A stretch of DNA of 32,000 nt from Candidatus Diapherotrites archaeon CG08_land_8_20_14_0_20_30_16 (GCA_002779075.1 PEXK01000050.1:72189-104188), one strand, 5' to 3'. Positions 15,619 through 25,384 are shown, counted from the first letter of the stretch. Translations and numbers: made by a program. Notes: generated by a model not told the origin, from the letters alone.

Positions 15619-15719
15619 ATCTACACACTAGACAGTATCATTTTATATATCAGAAATATTACAAAAACTATAGAAATAAAACAAAAGGGTTAATAAACTT
15701 ATCCAAATATCAAATCAAT

Positions 15720-16229
15720 ATGCTAGAACCAAGCTATCAAGGAATAATATACTTTGAAAACGATCCCAAAAAAAGATTAACAGGTAGAAAATTGGAAGCT
15801 GTGCTAAATTTGTTGCATACTGCATTTGAAGGTAGTAGAACAAGAGAAGAAATAATGCTTTGGATTAAAGGATCAAAAACAGGCACAAAAGATTTTCCTT
15901 ATCCTATTACCAATTGTGAAGTTCTGATTATTGAAGATGTTGCAAACTCAAAAATTGCAGGCGCAATTATTACTGCAGATTATAGAGACGTAAGGTATAT
16001 TCCATTATTAGCAACAAATCCAGAATATCAAAGAAGAGGAATTGCAAAAGTTATGGTAGAAGCAATAAAAGGGCTGCAAAGAGAAGGCGTTGAAATAAGA
16101 GTACACCATAGAGGCCATTTAAGAAAGTTCTACAAAAGCCTGGGTTTTAATGTTGAAAATACAGGTATAAAATACTCAAGAGGGAAACCAGAATCAATAC
16201 ATAGAGCAAGATGGATAAAACCAAAATAA
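15720..16229 (+). CDS. GNAT-family N-acetyltransferase
   Basis: Motif A YQRRGIAKVMVEAI and a C-terminal FYKSLGF, 169 aa. Confidence 0.75.
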   Translation: MLEPSYQGIIYFENDPKKRLTGRKLEAVLNLLHTAFEGSRTREEIMLWIKGSKTGTKDFPYPITNCEVLIIEDVANSKIAGAIITADYRDVRYIPLLATNPEYQRRGIAKVMVEAIKGLQREGVEIRVHHRGHLRKFYKSLGFNVENTGIKYSRGKPESIHRARWIKPK

Positions 16230-16279
16230 TTGCTTAATGTTACACCCTAGCAACATATAAAATTTCCCTATCTAGTGTA

Positions 16280-16305
16280 CTAATCAATCAAATGATCTTC
16301 TTTAA
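16280..16305. repeat. Direct repeat a (3' end of the MFS gene)
   Basis: CTAATCAATCAAATGATCTTCTTTAA matches 17520-17545 at 23 of 26 positions. Confidence 0.55.
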
Positions 16306-17485
16306 CGCTGGAAAAAAGTGTAAATATAATTGCCAAAAAGCCTAATATAATTAACATAGGATACACCCAATTTTCAGAGAATATTCCAATTAAAGAAGTA
16401 ATAAAACTCAAAAAGAAATTTTCAATCATCGAAATACTTGAAAGCAAAGTTGCACGCTTGTGCGATGGTATATGTTTGTTCATGTAATTAATCAACAAAG
16501 GCCTACGGCTAAAACCAAAAGCACAGCCAATTATCAAAGCAATAATTAATATTGGCAAAGATTTGAAAAATGCCAACAAGAAAAACATAACTGCAACTAT
16601 AATTCCTGAAATTGTTAAAAACGCTCTTTTTGATTTGAAAATAGATTCAAAAATGTCAAATGAATTCATTAATATAATAGATAATACAACCCATCCAGCA
16701 TAAACAAAACCTAGATATGAAATACTTAAATTATACTTTGACAAAATATCCAAATACAACCAAATCATAGGATAAACCAAAATGTAAAGGAAAATCAAAT
16801 CAAAAGCCAAGGCCAACAGAATCTTATTTGCTTTAAACAATCTAAATTCGTATTTGAAATTGTGGAAATAATAACGCCAACCTATTGGCTCTTCAACTTT
16901 TGCTTCTTTCAAACTTATTGCAATTAAAAACGCAAAAACATATGGTATTGTCATTACCATCATAATCATTCTTGGTCCTAAAGAGTCAGCAAGTATTCCA
17001 CCCAAAGGAGTAGCAATTAAAATGCCAAAATATGCAAAACTTTCCATTTTTGAAAACACTTTTACAGAGCGATGAGTATCTCCAATCTGTTTCAAAGAAT
17101 CGTAAGCCAAAGCATCATCAGTACCAGAAAATAAAACAAATGAAACAGCCCACAAGAACTCAGCAACCAAAAAAATATAAAAATTAGGATACAAAGAATA
17201 AACAAAAATAGCAACACAATTCAAAATTGTTGCTAAAATCAAAGTCTTTTTTCTGCCAAAAGAATCTGCAACAATTCCTGATGGAATCTCTAATAAAAAA
17301 ATCCACAACATATACCAGGCTTGTGCAAACATCATATATTTGAAAGACAAACCTGCAAAGTCTTGATAAAAAGCCAAAAAAACTGGGCCAATCAAATAGA
17401 GATTAATAAAAAATCTAAACAAATAGAGTTTCCAGAAATTTGCATATAACTTTACTTTATCTCTTGACAAATACGGCAAATGCAT
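16280..17485 (-). CDS. MFS-type transporter (about 12 TM)
   Basis: Polytopic protein with the MFS loop motif (GIVADSFGRKKTLI). Start moved to ATG 17485 (MHLPYLS...); the track start at 17527 is TTG inside a repeat relic. Confidence 0.75.
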   Translation of the reverse strand: MHLPYLSRDKVKLYANFWKLYLFRFFINLYLIGPVFLAFYQDFAGLSFKYMMFAQAWYMLWIFLLEIPSGIVADSFGRKKTLILATILNCVAIFVYSLYPNFYIFLVAEFLWAVSFVLFSGTDDALAYDSLKQIGDTHRSVKVFSKMESFAYFGILIATPLGGILADSLGPRMIMMVMTIPYVFAFLIAISLKEAKVEEPIGWRYYFHNFKYEFRLFKANKILLALAFDLIFLYILVYPMIWLYLDILSKYNLSISYLGFVYAGWVVLSIILMNSFDIFESIFKSKRAFLTISGIIVAVMFFLLAFFKSLPILIIALIIGCAFGFSRRPLLINYMNKHIPSHKRATLLSSISMIENFFLSFITSLIGIFSENWVYPMLIILGFLAIIFTLFSSVKEDHLID

Positions 17486-17519
17486 AACAGATATATGATA
17501 AGAAGATTTATATTTAATT

Positions 17520-17545
17520 CTAATCAATTAAATGATGTTCTTCAA
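17520..17545. repeat. Direct repeat b (spacer between the XPD stop and the MFS start)
   Basis: CTAATCAATTAAATGATGTTCTTCAA. Read on the minus strand it gives EEHHLID-stop, compared with the KEDHLID-stop that ends the MFS gene. Confidence 0.55.
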
Positions 17546-17547
17546 TA

Positions 17548-19344
17548 TCACATCTTGCTTACAAATTCAGAGAATTTCTTATTATCATATTTCAAAAGAT
17601 TATAATCCGTAGGAAACAAGGATTTATATTTTGTCCAGCCAAAACGCTTGTCTAAAAGCAAAACAAAGGCCTTGTCAGTCTCTGATCTTATACCTCTACC
17701 ACAAGCTTGAACAACTTTCGCAACAGTAGGGTATAAATAAGCATAATTCCAACCAACTTTATCTTGGGAATCATAAAATTTAATTAACGCTTCAATTTCA
17801 TAATCAGGTTCAGGAAATGGAAACCCAACCATAATAATTCCAATTAAATCATCCCCTGGATAATCTACGCCCTCAGAAAAAGATCCACCAACAACAGCAA
17901 ATAAAACAGAACCAAATCCAACTTTATTTTTCTTAAAATTGTCAATCAAACGTTTGGTTTCATTAGCAGTCATATTTTTTCCTTGAACAAAGATTTTCTT
18001 TATTGTATTTTCGGACATTCTCAAATAAATACTTTCTAAAACATCATAACTTGGAAAAAAAACCGCAATATTGCCAGATACTTTATTTATTTTTTCTTTA
18101 ATCAAATCCGCAATCAGAGGCAAACTCTCTGCTCTTTCCTCATATTTTGTTGTTACATTGTCAAAATACATTGTTAATTTGTTTTCTTTAGGAAATGGAC
18201 TCCCATATTGCCTAATATACGGGTTTGGTATTCCTAAAATATCGCTATACATCTGCATAGGACTGAATGTTGCAGACATTAATATGTTTCCAGAACTTTG
18301 CTGAAAAATAAGCCGTGACAAAAAACTAGGATCTAAGCCTTTAATATATATTGTATCTTTTGTTTTGAATTTTGTTTTCACTTGTTTATCTGTTTGCCAA
18401 GACAAAATAAAATTTGCTATTCTGTGCAAGTTTGAGTTTTTCTTTTCATTCTCCAATATAAAACCGTCGGCACTCAATAAAGCAGTTAACACTTGTTCAT
18501 CATAGAATAATTTGTCAAAATAATCATCGCTCAAAAAACCGTCCTTCTGCTTGACAAAAAGATATTCAAGAGTTTCAAGAAAATCCGTTAAATCAAATTC
18601 CTCTTTGGGACATTTTTCATATTCTTTGCGTGCAAAATTGATTTGCTTCAAACTTAAACTGTCAGATAAAATAGACCGTAACCTGTGTGGAAGATTATGT
18701 GCTTCATCAAAAACAAATACGCAATCATCCAAAGATATTCCTATAATACCAAACAAAGCACTACGAATTTTATTAACAAAAATATGGTTTGCATCACAAA
18801 CAATTACTTGTGCACTTTTTGCTAAAAGCAGACTAACAACATATGGGCACAAATCAAAATCTAGACACATTTCTCTTAATTCTGAACTGTGCATTGCTGA
18901 TTTATACTCTTTCAAAAACAAATCTATTGATTTATTTTTCTGTGTGGATTTGCCAGTTGCATTTAAATGCGGAAAGCAGGCTTGCTTTTTTATTTTTTTT
19001 TCACACAAATCATAAAATTCAGAACCTAAACCAGATAAAAAAGGATCAATACAGAAATTACTTTTTGCAACTAAATCAACTACCCTCATATCGATATTGT
19101 ATTTTTTATTGATATCTATTATTGCTTCAATAACTATTTTGTGTTGAGTATTCTTTGTTGTGACGAAAAATAGTTTCTTTTTGTTTTCTATACAAAAATC
19201 CAAAACGCTTGCTAATGCAGCATCTGTTTTTCCTAATCCGGTAGGTGCTTCAAACAAACCAGTTAATTTGTTTTTCAAAACGAAATTCATATCTTCAATT
19301 AAAGTGTCCTGATTTGGACGCATTTTTTCGTGTCTAAAAAACAT
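17548..19344 (-). CDS. xpd: XPD/Rad3-family (DinG-like) Fe-S DNA helicase
   Basis: Walker A EAPTGLGKT, DEAH box VFVFDEAHNL, four Cys between them (NFCIDP, DLCEKK, QACFPH, DLCPY), and the C-terminal motif VQACGRGIRS. Confidence 0.88.
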   Translation of the reverse strand: MFFRHEKMRPNQDTLIEDMNFVLKNKLTGLFEAPTGLGKTDAALASVLDFCIENKKKLFFVTTKNTQHKIVIEAIIDINKKYNIDMRVVDLVAKSNFCIDPFLSGLGSEFYDLCEKKIKKQACFPHLNATGKSTQKNKSIDLFLKEYKSAMHSSELREMCLDFDLCPYVVSLLLAKSAQVIVCDANHIFVNKIRSALFGIIGISLDDCVFVFDEAHNLPHRLRSILSDSLSLKQINFARKEYEKCPKEEFDLTDFLETLEYLFVKQKDGFLSDDYFDKLFYDEQVLTALLSADGFILENEKKNSNLHRIANFILSWQTDKQVKTKFKTKDTIYIKGLDPSFLSRLIFQQSSGNILMSATFSPMQMYSDILGIPNPYIRQYGSPFPKENKLTMYFDNVTTKYEERAESLPLIADLIKEKINKVSGNIAVFFPSYDVLESIYLRMSENTIKKIFVQGKNMTANETKRLIDNFKKNKVGFGSVLFAVVGGSFSEGVDYPGDDLIGIIMVGFPFPEPDYEIEALIKFYDSQDKVGWNYAYLYPTVAKVVQACGRGIRSETDKAFVLLLDKRFGWTKYKSLFPTDYNLLKYDNKKFSEFVSKM

Positions 19345-19348
19345 CCTC

Positions 19349-20248
19349 TCAACTCAAAATGATATTTGCTTCAATCAATGCACCAATTACCAAACAAACA
19401 ATTGCTACACCCAAAATAATAGACAAATCCAAAATGAGCCTCATAAAATTTCTTCTAACTTCAACATAGTGACCATGCAAAATAGCAGAAACAATACCCC
19501 CTACAACTGCAGCTAAAAAATAGGATAATAACTCAAAAACGCCGTGTGGTAACAAGCCTAAACCTGCAATATATCCTTGAACTATCGCCAAAACATGTCC
19601 ATAAGCACCTTGTCCAATATAATTTGGAACTTCAGACAAGATTTTTGTTCCAACAACTGTTCCAAAAACAGATGCCTGATAAACAATAATAAAGAGTGCA
19701 CCAACACCATACAAAAAAGAAAACAAAAGAATTGCAAACATCACCCCCAAATTGTTTAAAAAGATATACAAAAACAAATCACTTGGAGACTCGACATACA
19801 TGTTTCCTGTTATAAATAAAGAAGACCTCAAATTATCTACACCTTCTAGTGTTTTTACTTGTTCTTTGAAAACAACATCTCTATAATCTTGAGGCAAAAA
19901 GATATATAATGTTGTAAAGACGATAACTAAAACAACAAATATTTTTACATAAATTTCAATAACAAATAAATATCTGCGAAAAAAACTAGTTTCATGAGAC
20001 AAAACTTCTTTTTCTGTATGAAAATATACATTGTTCAAAAAGTACATGAAAGCAAAAGTAATAAATGCAATAGAAAGGATACTTGCACTCTCTTTAAAGA
20101 AAATTACTGAAACAGCAATAGAGATTACTGCAACTATTACAGTATACAATAAGAAAAGTAAATGACTATTTAAAAGCGCTTTTGTCTTAAAGATACTTTC
20201 CAAAACCATAAATATATAAGCAAGAAGACTTATAAAACATTTGGCCAT
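19349..20248 (-). CDS. SpoIIM/DUF95-family integral membrane protein
   Basis: Multi-TM protein with the LLPHGVFELLSYFLAAVVGG motif characteristic of the stage II sporulation protein M family. Confidence 0.6.
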   Translation of the reverse strand: MAKCFISLLAYIFMVLESIFKTKALLNSHLLFLLYTVIVAVISIAVSVIFFKESASILSIAFITFAFMYFLNNVYFHTEKEVLSHETSFFRRYLFVIEIYVKIFVVLVIVFTTLYIFLPQDYRDVVFKEQVKTLEGVDNLRSSLFITGNMYVESPSDLFLYIFLNNLGVMFAILLFSFLYGVGALFIIVYQASVFGTVVGTKILSEVPNYIGQGAYGHVLAIVQGYIAGLGLLPHGVFELLSYFLAAVVGGIVSAILHGHYVEVRRNFMRLILDLSIILGVAIVCLVIGALIEANIILS

Positions 20249-20292
20249 ATTATATATAAATACTAATTAAAGTGATATTAATGGTGGATACA

Positions 20293-20778
20293 ATGCAAAA
20301 AACTTTGGTATTATTAAAGCCGGACGCAATACAAAGAGGGGTGTGTGGCGAGATATTACACAGATTAGAAAGAGCAGGACTAAACATAGTTGGAATGAAA
20401 ATGGTATGGATAACAAAAGAGTTTGGCGAAAAACATTATTTTGATGTCAAAGAAAGGCACGGAGAAAAAGTTTTAGATATTTTAACAGAATCTTTATCCG
20501 AAGGCCCTTTAATAGCAATGGTTATTGAAGGTATTGAAGCAATTGCAACAGTTCGAAAACTGGCTGGTACAACATATCCTTTTGAAGCAGCACCAGGAAC
20601 AATAAGAGGGGATTTTGCACACATATCAAAAACACATGCAAGAGAAAAAGACAAAGCAGTATGTAATTTAATACATGCTTCTGCAAGTGAAAAAGATGCA
20701 GAATATGAACTTAAACTTTGGTTTGAGCCAAAAGAATTACATAGTTATACTAAATTGGATGATAAATACACATTTTAA
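20293..20778 (+). CDS. ndk: Nucleoside diphosphate kinase
   Basis: MQKTLVLLKPDAIQRG...GTIRGDFA...NLIHASAS (active-site His). Start set at ATG 20293; the track start at 20272 is GTG. Confidence 0.9.
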   Translation: MQKTLVLLKPDAIQRGVCGEILHRLERAGLNIVGMKMVWITKEFGEKHYFDVKERHGEKVLDILTESLSEGPLIAMVIEGIEAIATVRKLAGTTYPFEAAPGTIRGDFAHISKTHAREKDKAVCNLIHASASEKDAEYELKLWFEPKELHSYTKLDDKYTF

Positions 20779-20795
20779 ATAAAAAGTGAAATAAT

Positions 20796-22133
20796 ATGCT
20801 ATTTGCTTACGGTATAGATAAGTTAAAATCAAAATTAAAAGATTGTGACTTTTACAGAATTATGTTAGAAGAAACTAATTCTGAAAGCGTTGTTGCAAAA
20901 GAAGGAAAAGTTGATGCAATATCAACTAATGAGAGTTTTGGTTTAGGAATATTCTACACTTTGGGGCGGTTTGGTTATTTTTATTCAACAAATAATCCAA
21001 ATGATTTGGATAATTTCAAAATTGACCTCGCCTTAAAGAAATACTCAAATTTGGATTATATTCCCAAAGAATCAGGAATAAAGGACAAGAAAATAATTGG
21101 CGAAAAATCAAATCTTGATTTAGAAACTATTGCAAAAGAACTATCTAAAACAAGCAAACTGAGAAATCAAATAGTAACTCATGAAATCAAATATAATAAT
21201 ATAGAGCAAGAACGACAAATAATTTGTGAAAACACAGACATCATCCAAAAACAATATTTTGGAATAGGCTTTAATTCCATTGTTGCCAAAGAAGGCAATA
21301 TACTCAGAAAAGATGTAAACAGAATTGCAAAAAGTACAGCATTAAACAAATATTTTGATGAATTCATATTCAAAAATGATGGATTTGAAAATAAAACAAT
21401 TGAAAAATTAAAATTCAATGAAGGAATAAAAGGCAAGTTTAATATTATATTAGATCCTAGTATTTCTAGTTTATTAGCACATGAAGCAATTGGTCACGCC
21501 TGTGAATCTGATCTAGTGTATAACAAACAATCTATTTTAAGAAACAAAATTGGAAAAACATTTGCTAAAGAATTTGTAAATCTGATTGATGACCCCACAC
21601 CAAAAGATGATTTGTTTGGTTCTTATTATTATGATGCTGAAGGATTTCCTGCAAAAATAAGACATTTAATTAAAGAAGGAAAATTAAATGAATATATTGC
21701 CAATACTAGATTTTCACAATTATTAAAAATTGAAAATAATGGAGGATCAAGAACAGAAAGTTATCGCAGCTTGCCAATTCCAAGAATGTCTAATACTAGT
21801 TTTTTACCAGGACAAAAAAACTTTTTAGAACTTATTGATGAATTAAAAAATGGTATTATATTAAATGGTTTTGCTGGCGGAGAAACAGACCCAACAACAG
21901 GAACATATCAATTTGGAGTAAAAGAAGGGCTGATAGTAAAAAATGGACAAATAAATGAAACAAGAGTAAATATATCTTTTTCTGGACAAATATTGAAGTC
22001 ATTAAAGAATATTGTGGACATTTCTAAAGATATAAAAATGGAAAGCCCTGGTTTTTGTGGCAAGGAAGGGCAAACTGTTTTTTGTGACAGTTTTGATCCT
22101 TATTTATTAATAAAAAATGTGAGGATTGATTAA
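20796..22133 (+). CDS. tldD: TldD-family metalloprotease
   Basis: HExxxH motif LAHEAIGHACESD and the C-terminal GGETDPTTGTYQF region typical of TldD/PmbA. Confidence 0.85.
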   Translation: MLFAYGIDKLKSKLKDCDFYRIMLEETNSESVVAKEGKVDAISTNESFGLGIFYTLGRFGYFYSTNNPNDLDNFKIDLALKKYSNLDYIPKESGIKDKKIIGEKSNLDLETIAKELSKTSKLRNQIVTHEIKYNNIEQERQIICENTDIIQKQYFGIGFNSIVAKEGNILRKDVNRIAKSTALNKYFDEFIFKNDGFENKTIEKLKFNEGIKGKFNIILDPSISSLLAHEAIGHACESDLVYNKQSILRNKIGKTFAKEFVNLIDDPTPKDDLFGSYYYDAEGFPAKIRHLIKEGKLNEYIANTRFSQLLKIENNGGSRTESYRSLPIPRMSNTSFLPGQKNFLELIDELKNGIILNGFAGGETDPTTGTYQFGVKEGLIVKNGQINETRVNISFSGQILKSLKNIVDISKDIKMESPGFCGKEGQTVFCDSFDPYLLIKNVRID

Positions 22134-22134
22134 A

Positions 22135-23367
22135 ATGTTAAGTCCTACAAAAACAATAAGATTTATTGAAGATTCCTGCAAAGCAACACAATTAGAAATA
22201 AGTAATAAAAAACTAAAAAGAATTTTAGAAAATGATGAATCAACAATAAGAATTGATTCTATTTTTAACAACAAAAGAGTAATAAAAAAGATGGATTCTA
22301 TAAATATTGGACGGCTTCAACAAATCATAGAAGAAATGAAACAGTTATCAAATATAAAAAAACAAGAATTCTTTTTAGAATTCCCAAAAGTAGAAATAAA
22401 TATCATAGAAACTATAAAAGATAAAAAATTGGAGCTAATCACAATAAAGGAAATTATTGACATGGGAATTGCAATAAATAAAGAAATATTGCTAGACAAA
22501 ACAGTGAAAAGTATACAATCATTTTGGGAAATTAACAATAGCAAAACCAAATATATAGCAGAAAATTTTGATTATTCCGAAAAAAACACAAATATTGGTT
22601 TTGGAATTGACTTAAGTATTAAAGACAAAACTCCAAGTAGTGTTTTTATTTCTAAAATCTTTTTTAAAAAAGAGGATATCAATATAGGGGCAATATTAGA
22701 AGAAATAAAAGAAGAAATGGATATTTGTAAAGATCCAATTGAATTTAAAGGCAATGCAAAAGAATATAATTTATTCTTCTCGCCTTACGCTTTGCGACAA
22801 ATAGTAAATTATTTTGTTGTACAACAATCTAGTTTAGAATCGTTTGAAAAGAAGGATTCCTATTTAATGCACACTGAATTTGACACCAAAATAAATATTT
22901 GTGAAGATCCTTTTGTTGATTATTCCCCATATTCTGAGATAATGGATTTGGATTTCATAGCTACAAAGAAAAAACACATAATAAAAAATGGAAAAGTCTT
23001 AGAATACATTACAAATGAACAAGACGCTTTCAAATACAAAAAAGAGCCAAGTGGAAATAACCTCCCGGGGGGTGTAACAAATTTGTTTTTTGAATCTGGT
23101 CAAAAATCAAAAGAAGAATTGCTTTACACAGGAAAAATATTGTTTATTAATAACTTAATAGGAATACATACCACAAACTCTAAAGAAGGATCATTAAACC
23201 TGTCAGCATCAGGCGCAGAGTTCGAAAATGGCAAAAGGATTAATGCATTAAAAAATATCAAACTGAATGAGAAAATACAAGACTTATGGAAAAAGGTGGA
23301 GATAAGCAAAGAAACTAAATGGGTTGGCAATTATAATCTTCCATATTTGTTATGCTTGAGGAATTGA
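22135..23367 (+). CDS. pmbA: PmbA/TldE-family protein (TldD partner, no HExxH)
   Basis: Same fold family (C-terminal NNLIGIHTTNSKEGSLNLSASGAEFENGK). ATG 22135 lies 1 nt after the tldD TAA, with GAGG 10 nt upstream. Confidence 0.75.
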   Translation: MLSPTKTIRFIEDSCKATQLEISNKKLKRILENDESTIRIDSIFNNKRVIKKMDSINIGRLQQIIEEMKQLSNIKKQEFFLEFPKVEINIIETIKDKKLELITIKEIIDMGIAINKEILLDKTVKSIQSFWEINNSKTKYIAENFDYSEKNTNIGFGIDLSIKDKTPSSVFISKIFFKKEDINIGAILEEIKEEMDICKDPIEFKGNAKEYNLFFSPYALRQIVNYFVVQQSSLESFEKKDSYLMHTEFDTKINICEDPFVDYSPYSEIMDLDFIATKKKHIIKNGKVLEYITNEQDAFKYKKEPSGNNLPGGVTNLFFESGQKSKEELLYTGKILFINNLIGIHTTNSKEGSLNLSASGAEFENGKRINALKNIKLNEKIQDLWKKVEISKETKWVGNYNLPYLLCLRN

Positions 23368-23368
23368 T

Positions 23369-23797
23369 ATGCTACCGTGGGAACATTTTCTTTTGGGATT
23401 ATTTCCTATGATTCATTTGTGGCAAGCATATACTCCTGTTTTTGGCATGACTTTTTTATTGAGTTCTGTGCTTATTGATTTTGATCATTATCTTTTGATA
23501 TTATATGCTACTAAATTCAGGGTTTGGGATCCGAGAAAAGCATACAATTATTTCAAATCAAGGAACGGAAAATTGCACTTGCACATAGATGCCCTATTTA
23601 TATTTCACACTATTGAATTCTTGGTTGTCTTACTTTTAATATATTGGTTTACCAAATGGACATTTGTTTTGGCTGTGGTTTTCGGTTGGATATATCACCT
23701 ATTCTTTGACATGTTAGAAGTCACTTACTTCAAAATCAGACACAATAGGAGACACAAATACAAACCTCTTTCTTTAATTTGGTATTTAGTAAAATAG
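23369..23797 (+). CDS. Small polytopic membrane protein, possibly a YdjM/DUF457-like metal-dependent hydrolase
   Basis: His/Asp-rich TM protein (WEHFLLG, SSVLIDFDHY, FHTIEF, YHLFFD). The ATG is 1 nt after the pmbA TGA (TGATATG), so translational coupling is likely. Confidence 0.4.
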   Translation: MLPWEHFLLGLFPMIHLWQAYTPVFGMTFLLSSVLIDFDHYLLILYATKFRVWDPRKAYNYFKSRNGKLHLHIDALFIFHTIEFLVVLLLIYWFTKWTFVLAVVFGWIYHLFFDMLEVTYFKIRHNRRHKYKPLSLIWYLVK

Positions 23798-23799
23798 AT

Positions 23800-23834
23800 A
23801 ACACATTGAACTTTGTGTTCTTGGTACCTTTTTT
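23800..23834 (+). terminator. Hairpin AACACA-N8-TGTGTT followed by a T6 tract
   Basis: Located 3 nt after the TAG of the 23369-23797 gene. An oligo-T run is the usual archaeal termination signal. Confidence 0.3.
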
Positions 23835-23860
23835 ATACTTTTTCATTGTTTATAGTTATT

Positions 23861-24907
23861 ATGGCAAAAGGAAAACCAGGGAAAAGAAAATTGCCAAGAT
23901 ATAACAAAAAGGAGCGACGTGAATTTGATAATCGCACCCAAAGGATTATAGATACTAGTAATAGTGGAGCACTGCGCCAGATTACAAACAGTATGCGCCA
24001 GGGAAATTATAATCATGCACTTCGTCTTTTACAGCCGATCTTAACAAGCCCAAATATTATCGCATATATTTTGGCACTAGAATGCTGTGCAAAACTAAAA
24101 GATCTAGAAACAGCTGAAAAACTTTTTGAAAAAGGAAAAGGCAAAGGTTTAAAAGAAAAGGAACTTGCAAAAAAAATGTTATCTGTTTATTTCAATACTT
24201 CCAATTATGATCTACTCTTAACTCTGTGGAACAGAATCTCGCAAGATCCTGATTTAGATCCTGGAATCTATGTTACAATGATACAATTCTTTGGCACAGT
24301 TTCACAAATAAAAGAAGCAAAAGAAATGTATGAAAAAGCAATGTCTAAATTAAAATTAGAAGAGGACAGGGTAAGATGCCAGAGTGTGTATATTAAACAT
24401 GTACTCGGCAATACACCAAATATATCTGATTTAATTGAATTTTTCAAAAAATTAAAAGGGGCCAAAAAATTAATGCCCTTAACTACAAAGAGCATCCTAG
24501 ATGTGTTATACAATAGAAGATACTATGATCTTGTTGAAACAGTATATTCTGACCTTCCAGAAGATACTAAAACTATAGAAGTAGAACCTGTTTTGTTAAA
24601 GATTTACGAATCTTCATCACACAGAATGGCATTGACTGGATTAGAAATAATTTATGCATTTGCATTAAAAGAAAGTGGCAGAATTGATGAGGCCAAAAGA
24701 AGATTTGAAATACTTTTGATGAATCTGCAACCAACAGATCTAAACTATCCGAGAGCACTTTTGGGTTATATATTCACAAAACCAAAATTAACACCAGAGG
24801 AAAGAGAAAAATATAAATCTCAATTAATCACATTGCTTAGAGAAAGTCATAATATCAGACTTAGAACCGATATAATAAAAGCACTAAGTACATTGAAAAC
24901 CCTTTAG
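23861..24907 (+). CDS. Helical-repeat protein (PPR/TPR-like, about 35-aa period) with a strongly basic N-terminal tail
   Basis: Start at ATG 23861 (MAKGKPGKRKLPRYNKKERREF...). Successive helix-turn-helix units include IAYILALECCAKLKDLETAEKLFEKGKGKGLK, LAKKMLSVYFNTSNYDLLLTLWNRISQDPDLDPG and IYVTMIQFFGTVSQIKEAKEMYEKAMSK. Confidence 0.55.
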   Translation: MAKGKPGKRKLPRYNKKERREFDNRTQRIIDTSNSGALRQITNSMRQGNYNHALRLLQPILTSPNIIAYILALECCAKLKDLETAEKLFEKGKGKGLKEKELAKKMLSVYFNTSNYDLLLTLWNRISQDPDLDPGIYVTMIQFFGTVSQIKEAKEMYEKAMSKLKLEEDRVRCQSVYIKHVLGNTPNISDLIEFFKKLKGAKKLMPLTTKSILDVLYNRRYYDLVETVYSDLPEDTKTIEVEPVLLKIYESSSHRMALTGLEIIYAFALKESGRIDEAKRRFEILLMNLQPTDLNYPRALLGYIFTKPKLTPEEREKYKSQLITLLRESHNIRLRTDIIKALSTLKTL

Positions 24908-24913
24908 TTAAAA

Positions 24914-25384
24914 CTATTTTTTCATCTTTACTGGTTTGGGTTCTTCCAAATATTTTGGCAACTCAGTTTTTTTCTGTGGTGGTGTTATAGTTGCGGGTTT
25001 ATGTGCTAATAAACCATGCCAATTAGATCCTACATTATAAATAAAAATACTGAACAACATTACTATTATCCACCAAAGTACACTTACTAAAGGCCAAAAT
25101 GAAACGCTTACATTGACATTTGCATCTGCAATATATCTGTCAGGAGACAATGCAATGCCTGTTGTTTGATAAAAATAATCTCTGCAAAGTGTTGCATCTA
25201 TATTATCTGATGCTTTTTCAAAGCAGGTTTTTATATTGCTTAAAACATCCCATTGATGAAACAGATTTGCAAATGAAACAATAAACCCTACCAAACCAAA
25301 AAAGAACAAAAAAGTTCCAATCAATTTAATAACATTAAAATTATGCCTTCTATTAGAAATATAAGGTATTACATGCCAAGCCAT
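24914..25384 (-). CDS. Hypothetical two-TM membrane protein with a Cys-containing loop and Pro/Lys-rich tail
   Basis: 156-aa ORF with hydrophobic segments at about 22-42 and 97-117. No recognisable family. It lies downstream of ATPase copy 2 on the same strand. Confidence 0.45.
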   Translation of the reverse strand: MAWHVIPYISNRRHNFNVIKLIGTFLFFFGLVGFIVSFANLFHQWDVLSNIKTCFEKASDNIDATLCRDYFYQTTGIALSPDRYIADANVNVSVSFWPLVSVLWWIIVMLFSIFIYNVGSNWHGLLAHKPATITPPQKKTELPKYLEEPKPVKMKK

